From IMG/VR virus record IMGVR_UViG_3300014205_009245: a DNA stretch of 64,000 bases; one strand, 5' to 3'. Source of the stretch: an uncultured virus (IMG/VR IMGVR_UViG_3300014205_009245) (taxonomy: Duplodnaviria; Heunggongvirae; Uroviricota; Caudoviricetes). Of the stretch, positions 18,013 to 26,801 are shown one piece after another. Within the stretch, counting starts at the first letter, position 1, and each line of letters starts with the position of its first letter. Position numbers and translations under genes: made by a program. The notes beneath the pieces are model-generated. The model was not told the DNA's origin. It saw nothing but the letters and a program-made list of their open reading frames with translations, and made no database searches.

Positions 18013-18512
18013 TTTGTGTCCTCTGTTTTGGGGTCAAACTCCCACAATGTTACATCTAATTCCCCGCCGAATTTCTGTTCAATTAATTCTGCTGTTTCTT
18101 TAATAATTTCGTGAACCGTTTCTCTTTTTCCACCAGCTAGAGTTGATCCCATACCGGCAGGAAAATAAACTTTGTACCCCAATTTAATTGCGCGGGCAAA
18201 AAGAGTTTTAAGACATGATTTTAATGCTTCATAATCTAAGGCACAACCATCAGCGTGATTACGGGCATATCCATCCTGAGCGATCATATTAGCAACAAAA
18301 ATTGTGGGCTTAATTTCAACGAATTGAGTAAATCCTAATGAGAGTTGATTATCTTGGTATAGAGCTTTATATGCTGCTTTCGGAACAGATGAAATATTGT
18401 TTACCGATAAAACAAAGCCAGCTCCCCATCCTCCGGCAGAGTTACAAACGTGTCCAAGAATTACATGGGGCTCTAGGTTGGTCGCAGAACCCGATTTAAC
18501 CTGAATGCTCAT
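18009..18512 (-). CDS. Macrodomain protein (ADP-ribose binding/hydrolase)
   Basis: GSAT...HVCNSAGGWGAGF, VANMIAQ, LDYEALKSCL, GMGSTLAGG. Confidence 0.85.
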   Translation of the reverse strand: MSIQVKSGSATNLEPHVILGHVCNSAGGWGAGFVLSVNNISSVPKAAYKALYQDNQLSLGFTQFVEIKPTIFVANMIAQDGYARNHADGCALDYEALKSCLKTLFARAIKLGYKVYFPAGMGSTLAGGKRETVHEIIKETAELIEQKFGGELDVTLWEFDPKTEDTK

Positions 18513-18795
18513 TTTGAATTTCCTTTAATCTTCGAAAAATTTCATCTCGTTCGCGACCCGTAACACACGACGAACATTTACATAATATTCCAGTTTTAAT
18601 TAATTTAGTGCTAGATATAGACATTAATCCGGACGGACCAATAATATTTCTCACCATCTGAATTCGATAGTCTCCCATTTCAACATTTCTATTCCAACCA
18701 TCCAGAATTTCGCTTTTAAATCGCCTGCCATATGTTTGAAACCAATGAGATAATCCCTCAATGGCATCTTTGGGAAGTTTATCAAGATTAGACAT
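18496..18795 (-). CDS. Hypothetical phage protein
   Basis: YGRRFKS...W...QMVRNIIGPSGL. Confidence 0.65.
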   Translation of the reverse strand: MSNLDKLPKDAIEGLSHWFQTYGRRFKSEILDGWNRNVEMGDYRIQMVRNIIGPSGLMSISSTKLIKTGILCKCSSCVTGRERDEIFRRLKEIQNEHSG

Positions 18796-18973
18796 GTTGA
18801 ATCCTGACTTCTAAAAGATCTAGTTCACAATCACAACCAAGATCGCATTTAAGTTTACCATTATCAAGTGCATCAATCAATGTTTGCTCAAAATTACCTG
18901 TGCAAATAGGACATTAATACATTAGAATTGTTTTATCGGGCGGAAAACAGTCATAGTAATTGATATCAGACAT
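18788..18973 (-). pseudogene. Zn-finger ORF with in-frame TAA
   Basis: MSDINYYDCFPPDKTILMY*CPICTGNF...KCDLGCDCELDLLEVRIQHV*; overlaps both neighbours; TAA at 18914-18916. Confidence 0.55.
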
Positions 18974-19220
18974 TTTTCGGAAACTCCGAACCATCCACAC
19001 AACAATTATCTGGCGATTTATATAAGCCTGCCTCAATTAGTATTTCACTTATTTCACTCACAAAGCTTGTTTTCTGACATTTCCAGCATTTAATAGCCCT
19101 AATATCCTCTCCATCTTCGTTATCATAATCTTCGACATAATTAATTGACTGGCAATGGCAGCATTTAAACATATGCCACGATCCACAGTATTGGCTAACC
19201 ATCCGGAAACTCCTTGCCAT
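18966..19220 (-). CDS. Zn-ribbon protein (paralog of 19195-19446)
   Basis: W...CCHCQSINYV...GEDIRAIKCWKC.K.SFV. Confidence 0.75.
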   Translation of the reverse strand: MARSFRMVSQYCGSWHMFKCCHCQSINYVEDYDNEDGEDIRAIKCWKCQKTSFVSEISEILIEAGLYKSPDNCCVDGSEFPKNV

Positions 19221-19446
19221 CTTTCAACCCCAAACATTCGTCCGGAGAGTCTGGCAAATCAATTATCATCTCACGCATCTCATCTGAGTCGCCAACAAAA
19301 CTTGCTTTCCCGCACTTCCAGCATCTAATTGCTTCGGTATCTTCGCCACTTGTTACATCTCCGCTAAAATAATCGTAAACATAGTTCTTAGATTGGCAAT
19401 AACAACATTCCCATATTTGCCATTCTCCAAGATATCGACTATTCAT
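19195..19446 (-). CDS. Zn-ribbon protein (paralog of 18966-19220)
   Basis: W...CCYCQSKNYV...GEDTEAIRCWKCGKASFV. Confidence 0.75.
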   Translation of the reverse strand: MNSRYLGEWQIWECCYCQSKNYVYDYFSGDVTSGEDTEAIRCWKCGKASFVGDSDEMREMIIDLPDSPDECLGLKDGKEFPDG

Positions 19447-19693
19447 CTTCCGCTTCTCTGTCTGGTCCAGTGATATGTACTTTATTAGGTGAAGTTGAGA
19501 TTAATCGACCCAAAAACATCATTAACATACGCTGTCGTTCTAAGTCATTGGATACCACAAAATGTTCCCTTTCTTCTAGTGGTGCTAAAAGCTCGGGCCG
19601 ACAACAAGAAAAATCCGGACAACATTCGTCACACCCATCGTTATTGTGAACCGAATTTCCTGCAAGCCATTTATTAAGTTGCTCATCACAAGT
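19439..19693 (-). CDS. Cys-rich phage protein
   Basis: Likely start MTCDEQL overlapping the upstream stop; WLAGNSVHN...ECCPDFSCC. Confidence 0.65.
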   Translation of the reverse strand, partial: TCDEQLNKWLAGNSVHNNDGCDECCPDFSCCRPELLAPLEEREHFVVSNDLERQRMLMMFLGRLISTSPNKVHITGPDREAEDE

Positions 19694-20090
19694 CATCTTC
19701 TTCATCTCTTTCTTGATTTTCTTCGAACATTTTCTTGATTTGTTCAATAATCGCACCGGGTAAGCCATGATCCTTAATTTTTTCCGCCCAATTGTGCCAG
19801 GACCTTTCACCCCCATTGGGAGATTTTTCACCTATCGCAATTTGAGCGGGATCAGAATAAATCCGTTCTTTAGCAACTTCAACATAGGGCATTGCATATA
19901 AAACAGCATCAGAGCAACATCCGCAACTATGAACGAAGTCAACGCCAGTAGCAATTGGATTGACCAATTCACTACACAAATATTTATCCCATCTTCCGGA
20001 ATATTTATGCAAATCAGGAAATTGCTCTAATAGTGCCAGCTTCCGCTGCGCATTATAAATTTGAGATTGCAATTCGTCTTTTAGGCTCAT
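19686..20090 (-). CDS. Hypothetical protein
   Basis: FPDL...HSCGCCSDA. Confidence 0.7.
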   Translation of the reverse strand: MSLKDELQSQIYNAQRKLALLEQFPDLHKYSGRWDKYLCSELVNPIATGVDFVHSCGCCSDAVLYAMPYVEVAKERIYSDPAQIAIGEKSPNGGERSWHNWAEKIKDHGLPGAIIEQIKKMFEENQERDEEDDL

Positions 20091-20269
20091 TCCACTGACC
20101 TCGCTAATCGTCTGAGAAAAGGATCATCACCATTATAAACATCTAATGCTGCTTCTAATTCATCTGGATACATCACCATTAGCATATCAAGCAGCTCTAG
20201 CTGAGTTTCTTCGTCTGTTCTTTTAAGAACTTCATCAGCATTAAAATTCTTTTTGTTTTTCTTCATCAT
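20087..20269 (-). CDS. Hypothetical protein
   Basis: 60 aa, abuts the upstream TAG in frame. Confidence 0.55.
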   Translation of the reverse strand: MMKKNKKNFNADEVLKRTDEETQLELLDMLMVMYPDELEAALDVYNGDDPFLRRLARSVE

Positions 20270-20893
20270 CTATTTGTTGTACCAAATCCAGCACAAGCAT
20301 AGCAGCTCATCGCCATTATCTAATGGCACGGTAGCTAGTACCAAATCTCTACTTCCATCATGCGGCAAAGTAAATTCCGTATATCCATGTCCCACAAATG
20401 AGAGATATAATGAACTCGTTAAAAATCCCGATATGCCAGTATATCCAACTTCACATTCTTTATCTTCACAGATTTCAGGACACTGCCAGGGTTTTCCTTC
20501 CCATATATTCTCTGCATCATGATCATACCCGTAACGAGTCTCATCGCTTGTAATAATCCCAATGGGATATATCCAATTAAATTTATTATGAGTCCACGGA
20601 CACTCATATTTTACTTCGGAAGGTAGATTACAGGCATCGATGTTGAGATGTTTAATCCCGTCCCATCCGTAACCATACTCCGGTATTACTAATCTCTTTC
20701 CATCTAACAACTTAGTCGGAAATTCAATTCGACTGATATACTCCTGCCCATAAAGAATTTCACCAATTTCTGGGCAAGCACACTTCTTTGGTTTTTGAAC
20801 TGATATCGACACGATTTCTCCAATCCTGTCCCATTCGGTACCACAGTATATCGGGTTTCTGGCAGATGTCAAGAAATTTTCTTGAAAAATCAA
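20270..20893 (-). CDS. Cys/Trp-rich hypothetical protein
   Basis: 207-aa ORF. Confidence 0.6.
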   Translation of the reverse strand: MIFQENFLTSARNPIYCGTEWDRIGEIVSISVQKPKKCACPEIGEILYGQEYISRIEFPTKLLDGKRLVIPEYGYGWDGIKHLNIDACNLPSEVKYECPWTHNKFNWIYPIGIITSDETRYGYDHDAENIWEGKPWQCPEICEDKECEVGYTGISGFLTSSLYLSFVGHGYTEFTLPHDGSRDLVLATVPLDNGDELLCLCWIWYNK

Positions 20894-20909
20894 AAATACG
20901 CTGTATAAT
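20882..20909 (+). promoter_or_regulatory. Promoter heading the plus-strand chaperone block
   Basis: TTGAAA-N16-TATAAT. Confidence 0.6.
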
Positions 20910-20924
20910 ATTGCAGAAGCGGAG

Positions 20925-21437
20925 ATGTCCGCAGATTTGTGGGAGATGTCCCAAATGACAGATAAAGAAAACTCATATCAGAATTTCCCCAACCTATCAG
21001 AAGTATCCCCGTTTCTCGTGCATATTAAAAATGTTATTGACAGCTTCCTGGATGATTATAAGCCACTTTCAGAATATATAGTAGAAGATGAACAAACTTT
21101 GCAATTCCAAATTCCAAGGGGAACTGGTTCAACTTTATTAACACATTTAATTGCCCACGAAAGAAGTGCTATCGTTATCACCCCCGGACATCAAAAAGAA
21201 AATTTCAAACATCAGCACAACGAATTTTTTCCCGGTGATCATCTACTTATTTTAAGTTGTAACTCTATTAAACATATCAGGTTAAGTGATATACAATTAT
21301 TAATGGAATTGTCACAAGCAGCAGAACGAACTCACGCTATTATTATGGATGTGTTTCGGGCATATTCCGATAATAGTGGAGTCAAAAAACTTTGGAACGA
21401 TTTTAAATCAACACACAAATTCATCATGTTCAGATAA
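20925..21437 (+). CDS. Hypothetical protein, degenerate P-loop-like
   Basis: QIPRGTGST (Lys missing) and AIIMD. Confidence 0.5.
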   Translation: MSADLWEMSQMTDKENSYQNFPNLSEVSPFLVHIKNVIDSFLDDYKPLSEYIVEDEQTLQFQIPRGTGSTLLTHLIAHERSAIVITPGHQKENFKHQHNEFFPGDHLLILSCNSIKHIRLSDIQLLMELSQAAERTHAIIMDVFRAYSDNSGVKKLWNDFKSTHKFIMFR

Positions 21438-21452
21438 AAGGAGAAAAGCAAG

Positions 21453-21767
21453 ATGGAAAATCAGTGTAAATGTAATTGCAAGTTGCAACCAATTCGAGAC
21501 AAAATTGTAGTCAAGCGAGACGAGGAGCCTCAAAAAACAGAAGGTGGGCTATATCTACCAGATGATGCCAAAGAGAGGCCAGTTGTTGGAACTGTGTTGG
21601 CAGTTGGCGAAGGGATTCTAAATTCTGATGGCACGATAACAAAATTAGTGCTACAACCCGGCGATAAGGTTGTTTTTGCCAAATACTCCGGAAATGAATT
21701 CGAATGTTGCGGTGAAAAATATCTACTACTAAGCGAAAACGAAATTTTCTGTGTAGTCAAAGAGTAA
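21453..21767 (+). CDS. groES: Co-chaperonin GroES
   Basis: LQPIRDKIVV, KTEGGLYLPDDAKERP, VLAVGEG, GDKVVFAKYSG. Confidence 0.97.
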   Translation: MENQCKCNCKLQPIRDKIVVKRDEEPQKTEGGLYLPDDAKERPVVGTVLAVGEGILNSDGTITKLVLQPGDKVVFAKYSGNEFECCGEKYLLLSENEIFCVVKE

Positions 21768-21780
21768 AAGGAGAAAATGA

Positions 21781-23409
21781 ATGAGCGCAAAAGAAATGCT
21801 TTATGATCAACAAGCCAGAGAGTCCATTCGTAATGGTGTAAAGAAACTTGCTCGGGCAGTCAAAGAAACTCTAGGGCCTCGTGGCCGCAATGTAATCATC
21901 AAGAAAGACTTCGGCACACCTGTTATCACCAAAGATGGTGTAACCGTAGCTAACGAAATTGATCTAAAAGATCCTTACGAGGATGTTGGTGCCCAAATGG
22001 TCAAAGAGGTTGCCAATAAAACTTCCAATACTGCGGGCGACGGAACAACAACTGCTACGATTTATGCAGAAGCGATATTTGAGGAAGGGCTCAAGAACGT
22101 TGTAGCTGGCGCTGATTCAATGAGCCTTAAACGAGGTATCGACAAGGCAGTCGAAGTTGTTGTCGAAGAATTTAAGAAAATGAAAATTGACGTAACCGAC
22201 ACAAAACAAATAGCGCAGGTTGGAACCAGTGCAGCCAACCAGGATGCAGCCATTGGTGAGCAAATTGCAGAAGCTATGGATAAAGTCGGGAAAGACGGTG
22301 TTATTACTATCGAAGAAGGCACAACAGTTGATACATATGTAGAGCTAGTTGAAGGAATGCAATTTGATAAAGGATATAAATCTCCGCATTTTGCTACTGA
22401 CCTTGAAACAATGGAGTGCGAACTCGAAGAACCATACATTTTTCTGTATGACAAAAAGCTAACAACCGTCAAAGATATCGTAAAAATACTCGAACAAGTA
22501 TCACAAGCAAATAAGTCAATACTGATTGTCGCCGAGGATATCGAAGGTGAAGCGTTGGCAACTCTAGTTGTCAATAAACTTCGTGGAACTCTTAAATGCT
22601 GTGCCACAAAAGCACCTAGTTTTGGCGATCGTAGAAAGGCAATGCTCGAAGATATTGCCATTCTAACTGGTGCCAGAGCCATCACTGGAGAACTTGGTGA
22701 AAAGCTCGAAAATCTAGGACTTGAAATTCTTGGAGCAGCCAAGAAAGTCAAAATCACCAAGGATGATACTACTATTGTCGATGGAGCAGGTAACCCTGAA
22801 GCAATTAAGGGGCGCATTAATCAGATTAAATCTGCTATCGAATCAAGTAATAGCGATTACGACAAAGAGAAGTTAGAAGAACGGCTAGCAAAGCTTTCAG
22901 GTGGTGTTGCCCAGATCAATGTTGGTGCTGCGACTGAAACAGAAATGAAGGAAAAGAAAGCCCGCATTGATGATGCCCTTCACGCGTGCCGAGCGGCCGT
23001 GCAGGAAGGTGTTTTGCCTGGTGGTGGAGTTGCACCAGTAAGGGCAACAAGGGCGCTGAATGATTTACTTAATGATAATTCTCTCACGCTAGACGAGAAA
23101 ACAGGCGTGGACATTGTTAAGCGAGCCCTATGTGCTCCAATACGCCAGATAACCCTTAATGCTGGCGTTGAAGGCGCAATTGTGTTGGAGAAAGTACAAA
23201 ATTCTACTGACCCTAATTTCGGGTATAATGCCCTAACCGGGCAATATGGAAATCTTGTTTCGATGGGTGTATTGGTGCCAGTTAAAGTAGAACGATGTGC
23301 CCTACAAAATGCAGCGAGTATCGGTGGCTTGCTTTTGACTACAAACGTTGTAGTCGCCGATGTGCCCAAAGAAGAGAATGACAAACATCCACAAATGGAC
23401 GGCATGTAA
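21781..23409 (+). CDS. groEL: Chaperonin GroEL
   Basis: [45 protein letters not shown]. Confidence 0.99.
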   Translation: MSAKEMLYDQQARESIRNGVKKLARAVKETLGPRGRNVIIKKDFGTPVITKDGVTVANEIDLKDPYEDVGAQMVKEVANKTSNTAGDGTTTATIYAEAIFEEGLKNVVAGADSMSLKRGIDKAVEVVVEEFKKMKIDVTDTKQIAQVGTSAANQDAAIGEQIAEAMDKVGKDGVITIEEGTTVDTYVELVEGMQFDKGYKSPHFATDLETMECELEEPYIFLYDKKLTTVKDIVKILEQVSQANKSILIVAEDIEGEALATLVVNKLRGTLKCCATKAPSFGDRRKAMLEDIAILTGARAITGELGEKLENLGLEILGAAKKVKITKDDTTIVDGAGNPEAIKGRINQIKSAIESSNSDYDKEKLEERLAKLSGGVAQINVGAATETEMKEKKARIDDALHACRAAVQEGVLPGGGVAPVRATRALNDLLNDNSLTLDEKTGVDIVKRALCAPIRQITLNAGVEGAIVLEKVQNSTDPNFGYNALTGQYGNLVSMGVLVPVKVERCALQNAASIGGLLLTTNVVVADVPKEENDKHPQMDGM

Positions 23410-23436
23410 AATTCACACAAAGAAAGGAGAAAACAA

Positions 23437-23880
23437 ATGAATGAGTTATCCAAAAAGCAAAGGCTTGGTATCTTTAGTTCGTATGACCCGTTCGGATTTG
23501 TTTTTGAGCGGGGTCTTGCTGATATAATGCTGGGATGGCCGGACTGGAATTGGCCAACTACTAGTATTGTTTCAGACTTTAGTGAAAGTGACCGTTCGTT
23601 CACAGTCAAAGCCGAAGTACCAGGCACAAAGGAAACAGACATAAAAGTCGAATATGGCGATAATACTTTAACTATTACATCTGAAACCAGAAAGGATAAC
23701 GAGGAAGGACAATCTCGACACAAAGAGCGATATTATGGCAAGAGCACAAGGTCTTACTACATGCCTAATGTAGACAAAGACCAGATATCTGCATCGCTCC
23801 GAGATGGAGTCCTATCGGTAACTTGCCCTAAGATTGCAAATGGTTCTGACCGGAAACAAATTCCGGTCAAGACAGACTGA
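23437..23880 (+). CDS. Hsp20/alpha-crystallin small heat-shock protein
   Basis: AEVPG...IKVEY...LTI...ERYYG...ISASLRDGVLSV..PK. Confidence 0.93.
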   Translation: MNELSKKQRLGIFSSYDPFGFVFERGLADIMLGWPDWNWPTTSIVSDFSESDRSFTVKAEVPGTKETDIKVEYGDNTLTITSETRKDNEEGQSRHKERYYGKSTRSYYMPNVDKDQISASLRDGVLSVTCPKIANGSDRKQIPVKTD

Positions 23881-23887
23881 TTAAGTT

Positions 23888-23921
23888 AATGGCCGCGAAA
23901 TTAAAATTCACGGCCATTTTT
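23888..23921 (+). terminator. Intrinsic terminator-like hairpin after hsp20
   Basis: AATGGCCGCGAA...TTCACGGCCATT followed by a T-run. Confidence 0.65.
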
Positions 23922-23989
23922 GCACCTATGCTCGTGGGAGCTAGCAGATTCTAACTCTGTCAAAGTAGGTTCGACTCCTACTGGGTGCG
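23922..23989 (+). tRNA. Amber suppressor tRNA (anticodon CUA) with tRNA-Pyl-like geometry
   Basis: Acceptor GCACCTA/TGGGTGC; 1-nt linker T; D-stem GCTC/GAGC with 4-nt loop; anticodon stem (A)GCAGA/TCTGT(C) with loop TT-CTA-AC; short variable region; T-arm GTAGG-TTCGACT-CCTAC; discriminator G; no encoded CCA. Confidence 0.88.
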
Positions 23990-24039
23990 TTATATTAGGT
24001 GCTAGGAATCCCCATCACAGACTTGGGAACCAAAGATGG

Positions 24040-24351
24040 TCATTCTGCGCTAAGGGCAATGTTCAGAATGTCTTTTACGGTATCTGTGCTCAGTGGGCCA
24101 AACAACATTAACTCGGGATTGTCGAATTCGCCTTTAATACGTGCCACAATTGCCCGCAGTGCATGCTTCGTGTTGCTTCCGCACAAATCCCATCCTTCAG
24201 AATGATGATCTTTATTGCAATTCTGGCACCACGATCTACAACCACAACAGCCTGGACACTCATGTAGATTCCCACCACCCGGATAGCACGAGTCGCTGGG
24301 ATTGAAATTGTCACATGGTTGCTTTCCGACTTCAAAAATTTCTCTGTTCAC
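24040..24351 (-). CDS. Cys-rich hypothetical protein
   Basis: Multiple CxxC; GTGA overlap with the ATPase gene. Confidence 0.6.
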   Translation of the reverse strand: MNREIFEVGKQPCDNFNPSDSCYPGGGNLHECPGCCGCRSWCQNCNKDHHSEGWDLCGSNTKHALRAIVARIKGEFDNPELMLFGPLSTDTVKDILNIALSAE

Positions 24352-25727
24352 GTCATCCTCCGGCGAAGAAGGTCAACAGGACTATATGGCGGCGGAAGAA
24401 CAAATTCGGACGCCCAATCTTCTCCGCAGTCTCCGTCATAATCATCTGCGCTTTCGCCCATTTTTCCAAACCCGAATTTAAGCCGATCTGCAAATTCCTG
24501 CCGATGTTTTTCAAATAATTTAAAGGTTTTTTCTACACTAACTTCTTTTCCATCCAAAAAATCAATAGTCATCAATTTACGCACTTCCTCGATTTCGGCA
24601 AATGTATAGCTTTCGGTCCTATTTATAATATCTTTAATAATTTCATCGTCTTTGTTCGCAATGTTAGCACCTAATGTTTTTAGCAAATCGGCGTGAAAAC
24701 GATTCTCAATATATACTCTTCTTAATTTTTTATTTGGTGCTTGAAAAATCATAAATACGTCAATACGACCAGGACGAACAAAAGCTGTATCGAGATCTTC
24801 TATTTGGTTAGATGTAAATATATATACTATACCCTCTGTGGGCTCGATTCCATCTAGTTCAGTTAAGAATGTGTTAACATGAGTATTTCCCGAGCTTTTA
24901 GGCTGTAAGGCCATTTCCATGTCATCAAAAAAGATAATACCCCATTCTCCTGGAGCTAACCTAAATAAGCTACTAACAGTGCCACGAGACAAAGCATTAC
25001 GGTAATCCTCGAAAGTAACAACTTTATAATCAAATCCTTTCCTAACACATAATTGTCGCAGCCACTTGCAAGTATACGTTTTTCCCCCGCCGGGACATCC
25101 GGCTAATAGCAATCCTCTCTTGCAGGGTATATTGTGCTCTTTATATGTCTTAAGCATCGACTGGCCTCGTTCAAGAAACCCGATACTATTCGCATAAATA
25201 TCTCGTAATTTTTCAGGCTCTAGAACAGGTTGAAGGGCATCTGGAATATCATTTTGGCTCTCTAAAATAAATCGATAAAACTTCTTCAAATTGCAATGCT
25301 CAACAAATTCCACGTAGCTTCCCAGAGGCGCATAATTACGGAATCCTCTCCATCTCCACATTCGAATTTTGCCCCTGTTGGCATTAATTTCATATTCGTG
25401 TATTCCGGCATCATATGGGTCATCTAATGTCGGATTTGGAGACATGGTTAAGTTTAGAACCGGAGTCTCATTTTCATCCCTGGTATTAGGTGCTAGGGAT
25501 TCTGGGATATAAATTTTGTGAGGAACCTGACGAATATGTCTTATCTTGCTCTCGCTCTTGACATCCCATGTAGTATACGTGTAGGTAATTTGTCTCAAAT
25601 CCTGCGGTTTAATCCCATATTGTTCACAAATGGCCTTGACAACCATTGCATATTCTATAGTCGTGTCTTCTTTAATTACTTCGTTAAACGAAACGGGCGG
25701 TGTTCCAAGCAAAGCTCGTTCAGACAT
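24348..25727 (-). CDS. AAA+ ATPase
   Basis: KRGLLLAGCPGGGKT, IIFFDD, TSN, LDTAFVRPGRID. Confidence 0.9.
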   Translation of the reverse strand: MSERALLGTPPVSFNEVIKEDTTIEYAMVVKAICEQYGIKPQDLRQITYTYTTWDVKSESKIRHIRQVPHKIYIPESLAPNTRDENETPVLNLTMSPNPTLDDPYDAGIHEYEINANRGKIRMWRWRGFRNYAPLGSYVEFVEHCNLKKFYRFILESQNDIPDALQPVLEPEKLRDIYANSIGFLERGQSMLKTYKEHNIPCKRGLLLAGCPGGGKTYTCKWLRQLCVRKGFDYKVVTFEDYRNALSRGTVSSLFRLAPGEWGIIFFDDMEMALQPKSSGNTHVNTFLTELDGIEPTEGIVYIFTSNQIEDLDTAFVRPGRIDVFMIFQAPNKKLRRVYIENRFHADLLKTLGANIANKDDEIIKDIINRTESYTFAEIEEVRKLMTIDFLDGKEVSVEKTFKLFEKHRQEFADRLKFGFGKMGESADDYDGDCGEDWASEFVLPPPYSPVDLLRRRMT

Positions 25728-25744
25728 AGTATCTCCTTTGTAAT

Positions 25745-25773
25745 AGTATACTACAGGAATAGGTATTTGTCAA
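25745..25773 (-). promoter_or_regulatory. Sigma70-type promoter
   Basis: TTGACA-N17-TATACT. Confidence 0.75.
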
Positions 25774-26801
25774 TCAGCGGGATAATATAATTTGATACTT
25801 TTAACCGGAACCGGTTCACGTCCCATGACTTCATAATGTTGATAAGAGCCCATATCTAAGTGTTTCTGAACATATCGTTCATCTATTCGGACTTTCCAAA
25901 TGTCACGTTTGCCAGACAGATCAAGTGCCACATCTTCGACATTACTTGAAGAGCTAGAAAGCCAAATACCACCCGGCACAGTAGTTGCACTCATATATTG
26001 TTCTCGATGTTCAACGGGACGAGCAGTAAAAAGTGTTAGTATTTTTCCTGGCCTATTTGTGGAACCAGGATTCTGTAATTCTTTGATCAGATTAAAATAA
26101 TCGCTCGTCACTCTGGGATTTTGGAAAAAGTCATTATCTTCATTAATGCCTTCAGGTGGTATTATTATTTGATTTTCGTGAACAAATATTTCAAAATCCG
26201 GGCTAAGCTCATCATCGTTCCCGCCTCCCACTCTTACACCAGCGCCTGTTGCAGGTTCAAGCCATTCATTGCCAAAACTACCAGATACCGGAGAGGGAGT
26301 TATGATGATAGGACTATTATTCCAGTTAGAAACACGGCTTATGGCAGACTGAATTTGATTAGCAATCCATTGCATGTTCTGCCGGGTTTTAGACTGAACA
26401 TCGGCAATTATTTTCTGTGCCTCTTCTATAGAAGTCGAGGAAGGAGTTAATGTATCATCATAATCTCTGAGCATTTTATAAGCTTCATATCTTTGATCAT
26501 AATTCTCATAATTGTTTTTATTAAGGTTAACATTCCACTGAGATATTTCACCTAGTTGTTCGCTTACTGCTGACGGATCGGCAGACTGCAATGCTGCTTT
26601 GAGCTTTTCTATATCGGGATATCCTGCTTGTTGATAGGTATTGATTATAAAATTTGCATCTACTTGAAATGTCTTAAGTCGCTCTTCGTTTTCAATGATT
26701 CTGTAATATAAATCAGTAATATACTCCGACATCTCGGCGTCATACCGATGCATGTCGAATCGAATGTCAGACTGTGCGATCTTTCGTAGCCAACTTGACA
26801 T
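25770..26801 (-). CDS. Hypothetical protein with N-terminal WLRKIAQ motif and possible C-terminal ADP-ribosyltransferase-like fold
   Basis: TLFTAR...GGIWLSSS...IWKVRID...QHYEV order resembles the ART core strands. Confidence 0.45.
   Translation of the reverse strand: MSSWLRKIAQSDIRFDMHRYDAEMSEYITDLYYRIIENEERLKTFQVDANFIINTYQQAGYPDIEKLKAALQSADPSAVSEQLGEISQWNVNLNKNNYENYDQRYEAYKMLRDYDDTLTPSSTSIEEAQKIIADVQSKTRQNMQWIANQIQSAISRVSNWNNSPIIITPSPVSGSFGNEWLEPATGAGVRVGGGNDDELSPDFEIFVHENQIIIPPEGINEDNDFFQNPRVTSDYFNLIKELQNPGSTNRPGKILTLFTARPVEHREQYMSATTVPGGIWLSSSSSNVEDVALDLSGKRDIWKVRIDERYVQKHLDMGSYQHYEVMGREPVPVKSIKLYYPAD

Noticed and set aside
22062..23723. Long antisense ORFs (251 and 247 aa) over groEL/hsp20, and similar ones over dnaK
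   Set aside because: Typical antisense shadows of conserved genes, with no recognisable motifs
23920..24205. Plus-strand ORFs of 63 and 68 aa after hsp20
   Set aside because: The first overlaps the tRNA; both overlap the convergent minus-strand gene and lack an SD
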